DNA of 64,000 bases from an uncultured Verrucomicrobiae bacterium (lineage in GTDB: Bacteria; Verrucomicrobiota; Verrucomicrobiia; Limisphaerales; JAFGQR01): positions 6,262 through 70,261 of the forward strand of contig CAWBHS010000026.1 of assembly GCA_963788655.1 (NCBI GenBank). Reading direction: 5' to 3'. The number at the start of each line of letters is the position of its first letter. The stretch's first letter is position 1. The notes under the pieces are model-generated. The model worked only from the letters and a program-made list of their open reading frames with translations, was not told where the DNA came from and searched no databases. The translations under genes were made by a program, and so were the position numbers. Of this stretch, positions 29,857 through 41,100 are shown one piece after another.

Positions 29857-31172
29857 CAGAAATTGTAGCCAAAGTTCAAGGAAACACTATTGACCATATA
29901 ATCGCGAAGATTCGTTTGCGAATCCTTCCAATAAAACTGGTAGCCCAAACTGGCGGACAATTTGTCCGTGAGCATCCGGCCCATCGACAATCCGGCTCCC
30001 AGCCGATAGAACGTTTCCGACCCCGACCCCGACTCGGTGCCGTACTCGAAAGCCAACGGTGTCGAAATCCGGGTGTCCCGCACCCAATTCCAATTCATAT
30101 TCAAGCGAATAAAGGTCAAATCCAAGTTCCGCAAACTGGTGCCGTACTGCAACCCCAGTTGGATGCTGCGCCCGGCGCTCAGTGAATAATTCAAAATCCG
30201 GTTCAAGCGGTGATCCAGCACCAATTGACCATAAACCGCACCCGAATTCCCCACATCCGGCGCCATTGTGGTCGGCGACTGGACGTAAAGCGTATAACCG
30301 GCCATCGCCTTTACCTGCATATATCGGCTGATTTGTCCGCCATAAAAGAGCCCGACACTGTATTGCACCCCGTCAGTGAGGATCTCATTGGCGTAATTGA
30401 CCAGTGTCGACCCGAATTCCACCCCACCCGAAGTGGTCGAGCTCAGCCGCAAACCGCCACGCGCAAAGAACATTTCCGACTGTCCATCGGAAAACTGGTA
30501 GGTCGAATTGAGCGATACATAGTCCGCGTGATCATAACCGAAGGACACCAGGATCTTGTTAAGGTCCCAATTTCCAGTGAAGCCCACCACGTTTTCGAGC
30601 CGTTGATAATCACCACGGCCGCTGACGGTGGGCACCTCATAAACACTCATGGGAATGCTGAACCGGTCATGGATGTTGAACAAAAAGTCACCCACGTAAA
30701 GGTCGAAGGCGATTTCCGAACCGGGCCGGATAAACAATCGATCCAGGTCGGAATGGCTCAAATACTTCGAATATCCCAGACCAATGGCGAGGTTCAATCG
30801 GTTGTTTTCCGTTACCGGCCACAATATCCGCGTGGTGAGTTGCGGACGAAGAATTAAGTCGCTCTCCGCATTATCGCTACGGTAGCGGACGTTGTCATTG
30901 TATGTGACGCCCATTCCACCTTGAAATCGCAAGCCCACCGGGCCGAGCTTCAAATTGTAGTAGCCAATGGACGAATTGGCTCGCCTGCGGGCTTCAGCGG
31001 CGTCTCGGCCGGTAGCCGACATTCGAATGGCCTCCTGCCCGCCGGACACGCCGGCCCAAAACAGGCACAGCAGAACCCCCCCCGCTTTTAAGGAGGACGC
31101 CCTTCCGGCCAGCCAACTGCCCGCACACTGGCGCAATACAGTCAAAGCATCAGGCAAAACTCTGAAAAACAC
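29856..31172 (-). CDS. outer-membrane beta-barrel protein of the EPS export cluster
   Basis: 438 aa with alternating Y/G/S-rich strands and C-terminal ...SVSLNFGYNF (terminal Phe). Overlaps the wza start by 1 nt. Start codon uncertain. Confidence 0.5.
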   Translation of the reverse strand: MFFRVLPDALTVLRQCAGSWLAGRASSLKAGGVLLCLFWAGVSGGQEAIRMSATGRDAAEARRRANSSIGYYNLKLGPVGLRFQGGMGVTYNDNVRYRSDNAESDLILRPQLTTRILWPVTENNRLNLAIGLGYSKYLSHSDLDRLFIRPGSEIAFDLYVGDFLFNIHDRFSIPMSVYEVPTVSGRGDYQRLENVVGFTGNWDLNKILVSFGYDHADYVSLNSTYQFSDGQSEMFFARGGLRLSSTTSGGVEFGSTLVNYANEILTDGVQYSVGLFYGGQISRYMQVKAMAGYTLYVQSPTTMAPDVGNSGAVYGQLVLDHRLNRILNYSLSAGRSIQLGLQYGTSLRNLDLTFIRLNMNWNWVRDTRISTPLAFEYGTESGSGSETFYRLGAGLSMGRMLTDKLSASLGYQFYWKDSQTNLRDYMVNSVSLNFGYNF

Positions 31173-31268
31173 GTGTCAATACTCAACGGCAGCGAAGCCG
31201 CCAATGCAATCCTCTTCGGGAAATGTAACGCGAAAGGGCCATTATTTGCCGGGCCGCGAGCGAAGGAA

Positions 31269-31345
31269 TGGCGGGAGTGGCGGGGCTCGAACCCGTAACC
31301 TCTGCCGTGACAGGGCAGCGCTCTAACCAATTGAGCTACGCCCCC
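31269..31345 (-). tRNA. tRNA-Asp (GTC), CCA encoded
   Basis: Reverse complement: GGGGGCG-TA-GCTC-AATTGGTTA-GAGC-G-CTGCC-CTGTCAC-GGCAG-AGGTT-ACGGG-TTCGAGC-CCCGC-CACTCCC-G-CCA. Cloverleaf with GTC anticodon and G73. Two non-canonical pairs (C6-A67, A49-C65). Confidence 0.85.
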
Positions 31346-31807
31346 GCTCAGTGCGGGAGGCAAAAAATAGTGGATGCCCCCACCCGCGTCAACGCCGAAT
31401 TGAAAAAGGTGCGAGTTTGTGGGCACCCGCAACTTGCTGCGGCGTCGATCCGCTGACTTCATTCTCAGGGCTGACGGGCGGAACATACGATCCATCGATC
31501 ACGTTTATCGCAAACGCATTGTCCGAGCGTGCAAGCTGGATTCATTCCATCTAAGCTCTGGCGGTCGCCCAACGGATCGGTTAATCTCGCCCTGGAGTTG
31601 GCCCGGAGCGGAGGCTGGCTAACACTACAGCGACAGTTCCGGCAAATCGCAGCAGGAGCGCGGCGTTTACGCCGCTTCACGGTGCTATCCCATAAGCCGC
31701 TGGTTGGTCTTGGGTGCTTGAAGCGGCCTAAAGGCTGCGCGCCTATCTGTGAAAGTGTCGTTGGAGTGCTAACACGGAGTTCGCACGACGGGAGACGGCC
31801 GACAAAC

Positions 31808-32134
31808 ATGAGTATTCTCAAACAAGCCAAAACGTGGGCTGCCCAGACGGCCGCCCGGAAATATCTCAACCGTTATTATTCCGATGTGGGGGTAATGACC
31901 AAATTGGAGATCGATCCGGAACAAAAAACGATTCTGGTGGAAGCGCAACTCAACGGAGAATCCCAACCTGTGTCCATCCGGGTGAATCGTTACCGGGTCA
32001 TCCAAACCGGCGGCAAAGCTTACCTCGAAGTGGCCGATGCGCTGATTTCCCGGGATTGGATGAACGCGCTGTTCCAGCGGACCGTCAAAGGGCGGCGCTT
32101 TGAAGTGCCGGAGTTGGTCCGGCTGGTTTTGTAA
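31808..32134 (+). CDS. hypothetical protein (108 aa)
   Basis: Tail of ORF 31529..32134 from ATG 31808 (MSILKQAKTWAAQTAARKYL...). Balanced composition, no overlap with other genes, no recognisable motif. Confidence 0.4.
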   Translation: MSILKQAKTWAAQTAARKYLNRYYSDVGVMTKLEIDPEQKTILVEAQLNGESQPVSIRVNRYRVIQTGGKAYLEVADALISRDWMNALFQRTVKGRRFEVPELVRLVL

Positions 32135-32185
32135 GCAATGGCATTGGCCTCCCGGGCCAGAAATCGTCTATTCGGCCACGCCCGT

Positions 32186-32825
32186 TCAATGCTCGAAGCT
32201 CATTTTCTCCGGGCGGACGGTCTCGGGCTTCACCATAAATTCCACATTTCGGGTGGTCTGCAAAGCGTTGGTGATGTCCACCGTTTTCGTCCCAACGGGA
32301 ATGGATTTCACGAAAACTTCGTAATATGAACCGGACCAACTGCGGCTCAGCACTTCGAGCGGGATGCCGTCATTGCCCACGATTTCCACGAAATCGAAGG
32401 ATTTTCCCTCGGCTATCTTCGCATACTCGACCCGAATCCACGACGCGTCGCTGCTGCTCCACGAACCGCCGGTGATGTCCGGCTTCCGCGCAAACTCCGT
32501 CAAACTGATTTCCACCCCGCCGACGCGGTTGGTGATCGTCAGGAAATTGGTCTGGCCTATGGCTGGCACCGGCACGTTGTTAAAGGTAACCAGTTCTTCC
32601 GGTGCGAATCCCCGCGTGCGCCGCAATTCCAACGTCAGCCGCCAGGCAGGCCGGTCCCACCGAATGATTGGTGCCGTAGGTTGCCGTCACGAACTGATAC
32701 TGCATGCCATTGGGCAACGTGATGGTCGGCAACGTTGCTGATCGCGTCCGTCGCCACCAAAGCCCGGCTGCCAAAACGGCGGCCAGCAAGATTGCGATCC
32801 CCAACCAGATTCTTCCGCGTTTCAT
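32186..32825 (-). CDS. membrane-anchored hypothetical protein; 1 frameshift ~32625
   Basis: ATG 32825: MKRGRIWLGIAILLAAVLAAGLWW (signal anchor) in ORF 32580..32828. Continues in ORF 32186..32632 (...LELRRTRGFAPEELVTFNN...). Confidence 0.4.
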
Positions 32826-33034
32826 CACTTCTTAACCTGCCAGTTGCGATGGGGAGTGCGCCCGCCTCGGGCGCTGTGGTTGGCGCCTCGCCAACCTCTC
32901 CAGAAGCCACGAACTGTTCACTAATCAGTGACTTCTCAGACGCCGGTCCAACCGGCTAGGGCGCCCGTTGGCAGCGTCCGGAGCAGGCGCGCTCCCCAGG
33001 TTCATTTGCATAGTCACGGTTTGGCCTGCTTTCC

Positions 33035-34510
33035 TCAACGCACCGCAGCGTCGTGGACGGTCAGTTCGCCGAGTTTATACCGCCGTTGCCCATCACTTTC
33101 TGGCAGCGGCAAGGCAATCAACGGGGTGCCATCGCGGCGGCCCACGGACACATACACGTCGTATGTTCCGGGCTTGGTAGCCGGCGCAAACGTGCCGCGC
33201 GGATCCAAGTGGCGAAATCCGACAATCAACGTGGATTTGAGCTTGCGACTGGAGGCCTGACCTGGCGCTGCGACTTTGAGTTCGCGCACGTTGAAAGATT
33301 CATCCACGTGGACGGACACGATTCCGCCCTGGTCGTCTTTCAGCGTAAAGGTCCAAAAGCCTCCATGGTAGCACGGGGCCACGCCGGCATTCGCCCATTC
33401 GGTTTCCACGTCGAAGAGCTGGCTCAACGCCACCTGCTCCGGCCAACTGATCGCGCGGAGTTGCAACCGATAGCCCAGGCGCCGGTTGATACGGTCGATG
33501 GTTTCGCGGTTTTCGTTCAACTCCACCCGCGGCCACCAGTGAATGGACATGTAACTGGCATGATAATCTTCCACGGACTTCAACAGCAGGTCGCCGCTCC
33601 AGGCGCCCCGTTGCTTCGACGAACCGTAATGCTCGTGTTCAAGAATGACCGGGAGCGTGGGCCAGAATTCCTGGGCCATCTCCGCGTGATACCACGAGTG
33701 CGGCGGCGGTTGTACCAGGATGCTGTCATCGCGCATCGTGACGCCGTGGGCCAGGGCATAGTCCATCGCGGGAAAATGGCGGCCCGGTTTGCTGCTGCCG
33801 GCTACATCGTCGCTGATGCACAGTTGCGTCCGCTGGAAATGTTTCAGGTGCAGGTCAATGTGCTTTTTAACGACGGCCAGGGTTTGTTCCTCGTTCAACC
33901 GGCTGCTGAAGCCCGTGTGGCCTTCGCCCCACATGCCGAACGAGCCAATGTCGATGAATGCCACGTTGGGATTGCCATCATACCGGCGGGCCAGCGCGGC
34001 CAGGAAATGATCCAGTTTTTCAAGAAACACCGGGTCCAGATAGTCCGGATCCCACAGGGCGCCGCCGACTCGCGGCCCTTTGCCGAAGTCGAACTCGATC
34101 CCTTTGGCCCCGGCGTCCTGCACCCATTTGGGAGTGGCGTAGCGCATCCAACTTTCCGAGCAGCTCACCCGAATGGCAATTTGTTTGCCTTGATCGATCC
34201 AGCGCTGGGCCGGGGTGTCAAACAGCGACCAATTGAACTGGCCTTCCTTCGGTTCCAGAAACGACCACGGCACCCGCAGATAAATCGCCGACAGCCCCGG
34301 CCAATCTTCGAGCGTGTCCGATGGCGCCAGGCGGGAGCCGTAGTTCTTGATGATGTTCGAGTAAAAGTGGAAGGTCCACCCCATGCCTGGATTGACCAGC
34401 GCCTCGCCGGTGTCCTCGGGATGAACAACGACTCGCTTTTCAGCGCCGGATCCAGTTGAGCCCAAAACCAACCAAACAGCGGGCAGCAGAAATAACGAAA
34501 TGGCTTTCAT
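33035..34510 (-). CDS. secreted TIM-barrel glycoside hydrolase-like protein (GH42-N/DUF4874-DUF4832-like)
   Basis: ATG 34510 gives MKAISLFLLPAVWLVLGSTGSGA. YLRVPWSFLEPKEGQFNWSLFD, VAFIDIGSFGMWGEGHT and WWPRVELNE are typical of cellulase-like barrels. Family assignment is from memory only. Confidence 0.55.
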   Translation of the reverse strand: MKAISLFLLPAVWLVLGSTGSGAEKRVVVHPEDTGEALVNPGMGWTFHFYSNIIKNYGSRLAPSDTLEDWPGLSAIYLRVPWSFLEPKEGQFNWSLFDTPAQRWIDQGKQIAIRVSCSESWMRYATPKWVQDAGAKGIEFDFGKGPRVGGALWDPDYLDPVFLEKLDHFLAALARRYDGNPNVAFIDIGSFGMWGEGHTGFSSRLNEEQTLAVVKKHIDLHLKHFQRTQLCISDDVAGSSKPGRHFPAMDYALAHGVTMRDDSILVQPPPHSWYHAEMAQEFWPTLPVILEHEHYGSSKQRGAWSGDLLLKSVEDYHASYMSIHWWPRVELNENRETIDRINRRLGYRLQLRAISWPEQVALSQLFDVETEWANAGVAPCYHGGFWTFTLKDDQGGIVSVHVDESFNVRELKVAAPGQASSRKLKSTLIVGFRHLDPRGTFAPATKPGTYDVYVSVGRRDGTPLIALPLPESDGQRRYKLGELTVHDAAVR

Positions 34511-34783
34511 GAGGCGGCACGATAGGGCAAGTCGCGGATCAGCGACAAATCTTTTCCCCGAGGTCAAGCCTCTCGCCAGAATTCCAAGTGGCGGAGGATT
34601 TCAAATTCATCCAAATCGAGCCCTGGACCAAGCCGCTGGCCGAGCTCGAAGTGCGGCCTCAGGGCGAACATACGCGAAGTCTGGTGCTGGCGCGAGTGCC
34701 CAAAGAATTGGAAGGCAAGAAAGTCACCATCAGCGTTGCCTTTGACTTGGACCCGCTAACCCCTGTCTGCAAACCAGTCGAAG

Positions 34784-35296
<513 letters not shown>

Positions 35297-35611
35297 TCAA
35301 TTCAGTCATGAATGGACAGCGCACCAACGTTCTTGAAGCGCTGAAGAGTTGAAGGGGTGAAGCGGCGGACAATTTGCGCGGCCTGCGTAAGCGGCGAGAA
35401 GTAGTGGTGCGTGTAAACACCAACGCCGACCGGCAATGCGCTGGCGAGCTGGGTGAAGACGAGCAGTCACCGAGCGGCGACTTTCGCAGTAATTCACCAC
35501 CGGCTCTTCTCGCCCAGCTATTGGTGTTCATGAGTTTCTTTGTGTCGAATTTCTGTGCGTCGAAGTCTGGTCGGCTCTTAAACCGCGAAGACTTCGAACG
35601 GAGTTATCTAA

Positions 35612-35680
35612 CCGCAAAGACACGAAGAGCGCAAAGAGTTGCTGCAATTCCGCTGCTTTGCGCGCTTCGTGCCTTTGCGG
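35612..35680. repeat. REP-like hairpin (25-nt arms, 2 mismatches)
   Basis: ccgcaaagacacgaagagcgcaaag (35612-35636) pairs with ctttgcgcgcttcgtgcctttgcgg (35656-35680). Confidence 0.8.
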
Positions 35681-35866
35681 TGAAATTAGGCCATTCGCCC
35701 ACAGCCGTAACCTTCGAAGTCGATCATTGCGTCGCTTGGGTTGCGGCTCGTTGCAATCATCGAAATTCTTCGCAAGCTGCATCCATTTTCGACCGCTTCA
35801 ATCCTTCAATGAATCAGCCGCAGTCTTGCCCTACCAGGATTTGGTTGCCGCACTGCCGCGCTGGAT

Positions 35867-36376
35867 TCATTCATGGTTCATACGGCTGAGTGCCTCTTCG
35901 ATGACCCAATCATTGCGGCCGTCAGGATGGCAATGGCAATGCGCGGAGAAAAAGCCGCCCCGACAGCGCCAGAACAACGGCCAGATTTGTTCGCGATCGG
36001 TTTGCGGCAGCGTCAAGTCTTCCAATTCACTGGTCGGGAAAAAATGAAAATTACCCTCCCGATGCGGCGGCGGGAGCGTGTGCAGGCGTGGCTTGACTTC
36101 GAAGAGAAACATCAACCAGTGGGCCTGGCCTTCGTAGCCGTGTTCGCTGATGAGCCCGGTCAGGTGCAAATCGTTCGTGGCGAGCGAGAGGCCCAATTCC
36201 TCGTGGGCTTCCCGGCAGGCGCAAGCGTACGGCGACTCGCCGGTGTCGGTGTTCAATTTGCCGCCGCACGGACTCCAGAGTCCGCGGTTTGGTTCCTGGG
36301 CACGTTCCAGCAGCAGCACTTCGTCGCGCGCGTTGAAACAATAAAGCAGCGTCGATATTTTGTAGGGCAACGCCAT
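35867..36376 (-). CDS. NUDIX hydrolase
   Basis: ATG 36376: MALPYKISTLLYCF.... Nudix box GGKLNTDTGESPYACACREAHEELGL. The longer ORF (to 36946) is a read-through extension. Confidence 0.85.
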   Translation of the reverse strand: MALPYKISTLLYCFNARDEVLLLERAQEPNRGLWSPCGGKLNTDTGESPYACACREAHEELGLSLATNDLHLTGLISEHGYEGQAHWLMFLFEVKPRLHTLPPPHREGNFHFFPTSELEDLTLPQTDREQIWPLFWRCRGGFFSAHCHCHPDGRNDWVIEEALSRMNHE

Positions 36377-36547
36377 GCGGGGAGTGAAGCAGGAGCACCG
36401 GCCGAATTCAATGCGAGCTTGGCGTTTGCGTTTTTCCAGACGTTGGGTTGCTTGCGGCGACGAAAGCAGGCAGATTTCCTTCAGTCGCAAGCCACGTTCG
36501 ATCAAGCGGCTGATGATGAACAACAAATCGCAAGAGAAAGTGACTGT

Positions 36548-36820
36548 ATGGCCCAGGCAATGATGGATCCCGCGGAGGTGCGGCGTTTCGCCGAAGAACT
36601 GAAGCGGTTCAACATTGATCTCCAAAACCGGATGGGATTGTTGCAGGCGCGGTTTGCGTCGCTGGGTGAATCCTGGCAGGACCAGGAGCACACCAAGTTT
36701 TCCGATGAGTTCAAACAAACCATGAAGGCGCTGAAGAAATTCGTCGAGATTTCCAACCAGCACGCGCCTTACCTCTTGCGCAAGGCTCAGCGCATCGAAG
36801 AATATCTGAACCAACGTTAA
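36548..36820 (+). CDS. WXG100-like helical-hairpin protein (90 aa; central W-Q-D)
   Basis: MAQAMMDPAEVRRFAEELKRFNIDLQNRMGLLQARFASLGESWQDQEHTKFSDEFKQTMKALKKFVE...: two amphipathic helices around a central Trp turn. The upstream part of ORF 35873..36820 is antisense to the NUDIX gene. Confidence 0.55.
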   Translation: MAQAMMDPAEVRRFAEELKRFNIDLQNRMGLLQARFASLGESWQDQEHTKFSDEFKQTMKALKKFVEISNQHAPYLLRKAQRIEEYLNQR

Positions 36821-36824
36821 CCGG

Positions 36825-37430
36825 ATGGCCGACAAAGCGCATGTTACCTCGGTGGAAGCGCTGCAAGCGTTCCGGACCAGCTTGGTCCTGTACCTCAGCA
36901 AGGCGCGGCCCACCCTGGACGAAGTCGGCGGCGACGTCGTCCGCACCCGTTTGTGGCTGGAGAATGACCAGCGGAGTTATTGGGAGGGACAAGTGCGCCG
37001 GCGTTCGCGAGTTCTGGAACAGGCGCAAGCAGCGCTGTTCGGATCGCGGTTGTCCACGTTTCGGGAAGCCTCGACTGCCGAGCAGGCGGCGGTGAACAAG
37101 GCACGGCGGGCGTTGGCCGAGGCGGAGGAGAAACTGCGGCTGGTGAAACGCTGGTACCGCGAGTTCGAGAACCGGGTGGAACCGCTCGCCAAAGAGTTGG
37201 GCAAATTGCAGTCGTTTCTGACCGATCAAATGCCCAAAGCGCTGGCCTATCTGGCCCAGGCCGTGAAAACCCTCGAGGACTACGCGCAACTGGCGCCCAG
37301 TCCCCCGGCGGAAGCCTCCGGATCGTCCCCCAGTGCGGCCAGTACGGATAATTCCGCATCCTCCGACGCCCCGGCCGCTGCGGCCAATCCCACTGGCGGC
37401 GAAACTGCTTCCCGGAAAGGCAGCCCGTGA
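36825..37430 (+). CDS. helical protein with literal W-x-G turn (RSYWEGQV) and Ala/Ser/Pro-rich tail (201 aa)
   Basis: VEALQAFRTSLVLYLSKARPTLDEVGGDVVRTRLWLENDQRSYWEGQVRRRSRVLEQAQ... Starts 4 nt after the previous stop. Its stop overlaps the next start (GTGA at 37427-37430). Confidence 0.5.
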   Translation: MADKAHVTSVEALQAFRTSLVLYLSKARPTLDEVGGDVVRTRLWLENDQRSYWEGQVRRRSRVLEQAQAALFGSRLSTFREASTAEQAAVNKARRALAEAEEKLRLVKRWYREFENRVEPLAKELGKLQSFLTDQMPKALAYLAQAVKTLEDYAQLAPSPPAEASGSSPSAASTDNSASSDAPAAAANPTGGETASRKGSP

Positions 37431-37639
37431 ACATCAAGGCAAACGGCAACAAGCTGACCGCCATCACGAAAGAGATTTCGAACCAGTGGCAGTTGACGCT
37501 CGACCAATGGCAGGATGCCAAAAGCCGGGAGTTTGAGCGCAAGTATTTGGAAGAACTCTTCGCCGCGGTGGATTCGGCGGTGACGGTCATTGGGCAACTG
37601 GACAAACTTGTCACAAAAATCAGGCAGGACTGTGAGTAG
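37427..37639 (+). CDS. WXG100-like small helical protein (70 aa; W-Q-D)
   Basis: ...ISNQWQLTLDQWQDAKSREFERKYLEELFAAVDSAVTVIGQLDKLVTKI. The WQD..(E/K)F motif parallels ESWQDQEHTKF of 36548..36820. GTG start. Confidence 0.5.
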   Translation: MNIKANGNKLTAITKEISNQWQLTLDQWQDAKSREFERKYLEELFAAVDSAVTVIGQLDKLVTKIRQDCE

Positions 37640-38105
37640 TCATTCGGGTGTCGCCAAAACCATCGAACTGGTGAACCGCCTCAAAGAGACGGTGCGCGAG
37701 TTCACCGTCAACGAGGAAAAACTCACGCACCAGCTTAACGCCGGCATCGGTGAAGCGCGACGTCGCCGGGACGCGGCGACTGAAGAACTGGAGAGCGAAT
37801 CTGCGCTGGCGCTGGATCAGGCGGAGGCCGCCTTTCAGACGGCCCGGCAAGCGCGGGAGTCAAAATATGCGCAGCGCCACGCACGCATTCAGAAAGGTCG
37901 CCGCACCAGCCAAAAGCAGCAACTCCAGCAAATCGACCGCACCGAGGGAGGCCGCAAACACAAGCTCCAAACCGAAACGCTGCAAGCGCAACGGGACCAC
38001 GATAACGGGCTGGCGCAAACGGAAACAACCTCGAAGAATTCAAGCGCAGCCTGGCTGGCCGAGCAGGAACTGCTGCAATCCATTGCAATCGCGAGCATGG
38101 TCTGA
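37632..38105 (+). CDS. coiled-coil protein (157 aa), possibly the frameshifted N-terminus of the downstream ATPase
   Basis: GTG 37632 overlaps the upstream stop by 8 nt. E/Q/R/A-rich heptad-like sequence. Frame 2 is open from 38006 into the next gene, so a single indel near 38020 would fuse the two. Confidence 0.4.
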   Translation: MSSHSGVAKTIELVNRLKETVREFTVNEEKLTHQLNAGIGEARRRRDAATEELESESALALDQAEAAFQTARQARESKYAQRHARIQKGRRTSQKQQLQQIDRTEGGRKHKLQTETLQAQRDHDNGLAQTETTSKNSSAAWLAEQELLQSIAIASMV

Positions 38106-38188
38106 CTTTTCGCGCTTCTAGGAAATTTCGCGACTTGATTTCCCCGACGGAACCGCAGTGGAAAGCGCACCGGTGGCGGACGACAAGG

Positions 38189-41100
38189 ATGAATATCAAT
38201 TGTTCACGTGAACTGCGCCAGCGACTCGATGCTGCCCAGGCCGACTTGGGCCGTTTCCGGAAATTGCTGGTGCCCCATCTTCTCAAATATCCCAGTCTGT
38301 GGTTGGTGATCCTGTTTTGCCTGATCCCTTTGGTTCCGCTACTGCAATACTTCAACATCACTTCCTTTACCTACGTTCATGCGGGCGCAGCAATTGGGGG
38401 ATGTCTCGTGCTGGGCTTCCTGTTGCACTACTTGGGCCGGCGGCAGGGCCAGCCGCTCGCCAAAAAGTTTGCCGCCGAAATTGCCTCGGCCGCTCGTTTG
38501 CACGATGTCTGCCTGGAAACGGCCGAGACGCGGCGCACCCAGGAAATTGCCCGGATCGAAAACGAGTTCGAAAGCCGCAATCAGACGATCGCTCAGGAAT
38601 GGCAGCAGGCCATCGAGACCGCCGCGCAGCTTCGCGAAACCGCGCCGCGAACGCTCGAGGAAAAGGCGGCGCGTGTTTCCGCCCGGAACGAAAAACAACA
38701 TCGCCTAAAGACTGAACAACTCGAACGCCACCACACCGCGGAAGTCCAGCGTTTGAAAGGCGAAGCCGAAACTCGGCAGCGGAAATTGGTGAGCGTTTGC
38801 GCAGCGTTGGAGACGAAGTACAACTCTGATTCCAGACGAACCTGCAGGCTTTGGAAGCCGAATGGAAACAGCAAATCCAGCCGATTTACAAAGTCATCCA
38901 GACCGCCAACGCGGATGCGGAAAAGCTGTTTCCGCCGTGGGACGCGGAACGGTGGGATCGCTGGACGGCTCCGAAGGAATTCGCGCACGCCGCTCAGTTC
39001 GCGCACCTGGACGTGGACGTGGTCAATCTCGCCGGCAGCCCGCCCAAAGATGAGCGACTCGCGCTTCCGGGCCCCAGCCAGTTTTCGTTGCCATTACTGC
39101 TGACGTATCCCCACGAAGGATCGATTCTCTTCGAGACGGTGGCGGCCGGGCGGGAGGAAATGATCGGCGCGCTGAACAATCTCATTTTGCGGTTGCTCTC
39201 GGTGGCGCCGCCGGGACGGTTGAGCTTCACGCTGATTGATCCCGTGGGACTGGGGCAAAGCTTTTCCGGCGTGATGCACCTGGCGGATTACGCCGAGCAC
39301 TTGATCAACAGCCGCATCTGGACCCAGACCGGGCAGATCGAGCAGCGCCTGGCCAACCTGAATGAGCACATGGAGAAGGTCATTCAGATGTATCTCCGGA
39401 ACGAGTACGCCACGATCACGGAATACAATGAACAAGCCGGCAACATCGCGGAGAAATATCACTTTCTGGCGGTCGCCGATTTCCCCTCGAACTTCACCGA
39501 GGTTGCCGCCAAACGGCTTTTGAGCATTGCCACCAGCGGCGCACGTTGTGGAGTTTATACGCTGATTCATTGGGACCGCCGGCAGCCGGTGCCGCCGGAG
39601 TTTGTTCCGGAGGAACTTCGCAAGAGCAGCGTTTGCATCAGTCTCAAAGGCAACACCCTGGTTTTGACCGGCCAACCGATGGCCGGCACGCGCGTACTGC
39701 TCGAAGCCCCGCCATCGCCGGAACGCGCGACCCAATTCATCCAAAAAGTTGGCTTGAGTAGTCGCGACTCGAATCGCATCGAAGTGCCGTTTGCCCACGT
39801 GGCACCAGCCGGAGACGAAGTGTGGAGCCTGGACTCCGCGGACGAACTGCGCGTGCCGATTGGCCGCACCGGCGCCACGAAGTTGCAGTATCTTGCCATC
39901 GGCAAGGACACCCGCCAGCACGGGTTGATCGCGGGCAAGACCGGTTCCGGCAAATCCACGTTGTTTCACGTGATCATCACCAACCTGGCGTTGTGGTGCA
40001 GTCCGGAGCAGGTCGAGTTTTACCTGGTGGATTTCAAGAAAGGCGTGGAATTCAAATGCTACGCGGCCCGACATCTGCCACATGCGCGCGTCGTCGCGAT
40101 CGAGAGCGACCGGGAGTTCGGCTTGAGCGTGCTCCAGCGCGTGGACGCCGAGTTGAAACGGCGCGGCGACTTGTTTCGCAAGCTCGGCGTGCAGAACGTT
40201 CCCGGCTACAAAAAGGCAGGCGGCACCGAAGCCATGCCGCGCTCGCTGCTGATCATTGACGAGTTCCAGGAATTTTTCGTTGAAGACGATCCCATCTCCC
40301 AGACGGCATCGGTGCTTCTGGATCGAATTGTCCGGCAAGGACGCGCGTTTGGCATTCACGTATTGCTGGGTTCCCAAACACTTGGGGGCGCGTACACCGT
40401 AGCGCGCACGACCCTCGGCCAAATGGTCATTCGTATCGCGCTCCAGTGCAACGAAGCCGATGCTTACTTGATCATGGACGACAACAATCCGGCTCCCCGG
40501 CTGCTAACCCGTCCAGGCGAGGGCATTTACAACGACCGGGCCGGGAACCTCGAAGGCAACAGCCCATTCCAGACGGTGTGGCTGCCGGACGCGGTGCGCG
40601 ACGCGTCACTCGAGCAGGTCCGCCAGGTGGCCGACCAAAGCGGGACCGCTTATCCAGGCCCAATCGTGTTTGAAGGAAACGCGCCCGCGGACATTCGGGA
40701 AAACGCCGCGCTGGGCGCGTTGCTGAAGGCCGAATCGATCCAGGTTCCACCTGCAGCGCAAATGTGGCTGGGTGCGCCCAATTCCATCAAAGGTCCGACG
40801 GAAGCGGTGTTCCATCGACAAAGCGGCAATCACCTTTTGATGGTCGGCCAACGCGACGAAGCCATCCTGGCCATTTTCTCAGTTGGCCTGGTTTCGTTGG
40901 CGACGCAATATCCGATCGGCCGGGCGCGGTTCTATTTGCTCGATGGCACGCCGCCGGGTTCGCCGCAACGCGCCTTCCTTGAGCGGGTCAGGCAAGCGAT
41001 CCCGCATGACGCGGTGAGCGTGAAACCAAACGAATTGGCGGACGTGCTGAGCGGATTGGCCGAGGAAGTGAAACGGCATACCGAAGACGTTTCGGCCGGC

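Noticed and set aside
31340-31807. ORFs and possible ncRNA in the 460-nt spacer after tRNA-Asp.
   Set aside because: It holds only short, overlapping ORFs with biased composition. It contains REP-like fragments (gcaggagcgcggcgtttacgccgc), and no RNA family motif was recognised.
35873-36547. Long N-terminal extension of the WXG-like gene (the 315-aa ORF 35873..36820).
   Set aside because: The extension is antisense to the well-supported NUDIX gene and has shadow-ORF composition. The helical-hairpin protein begins at ATG 36548.
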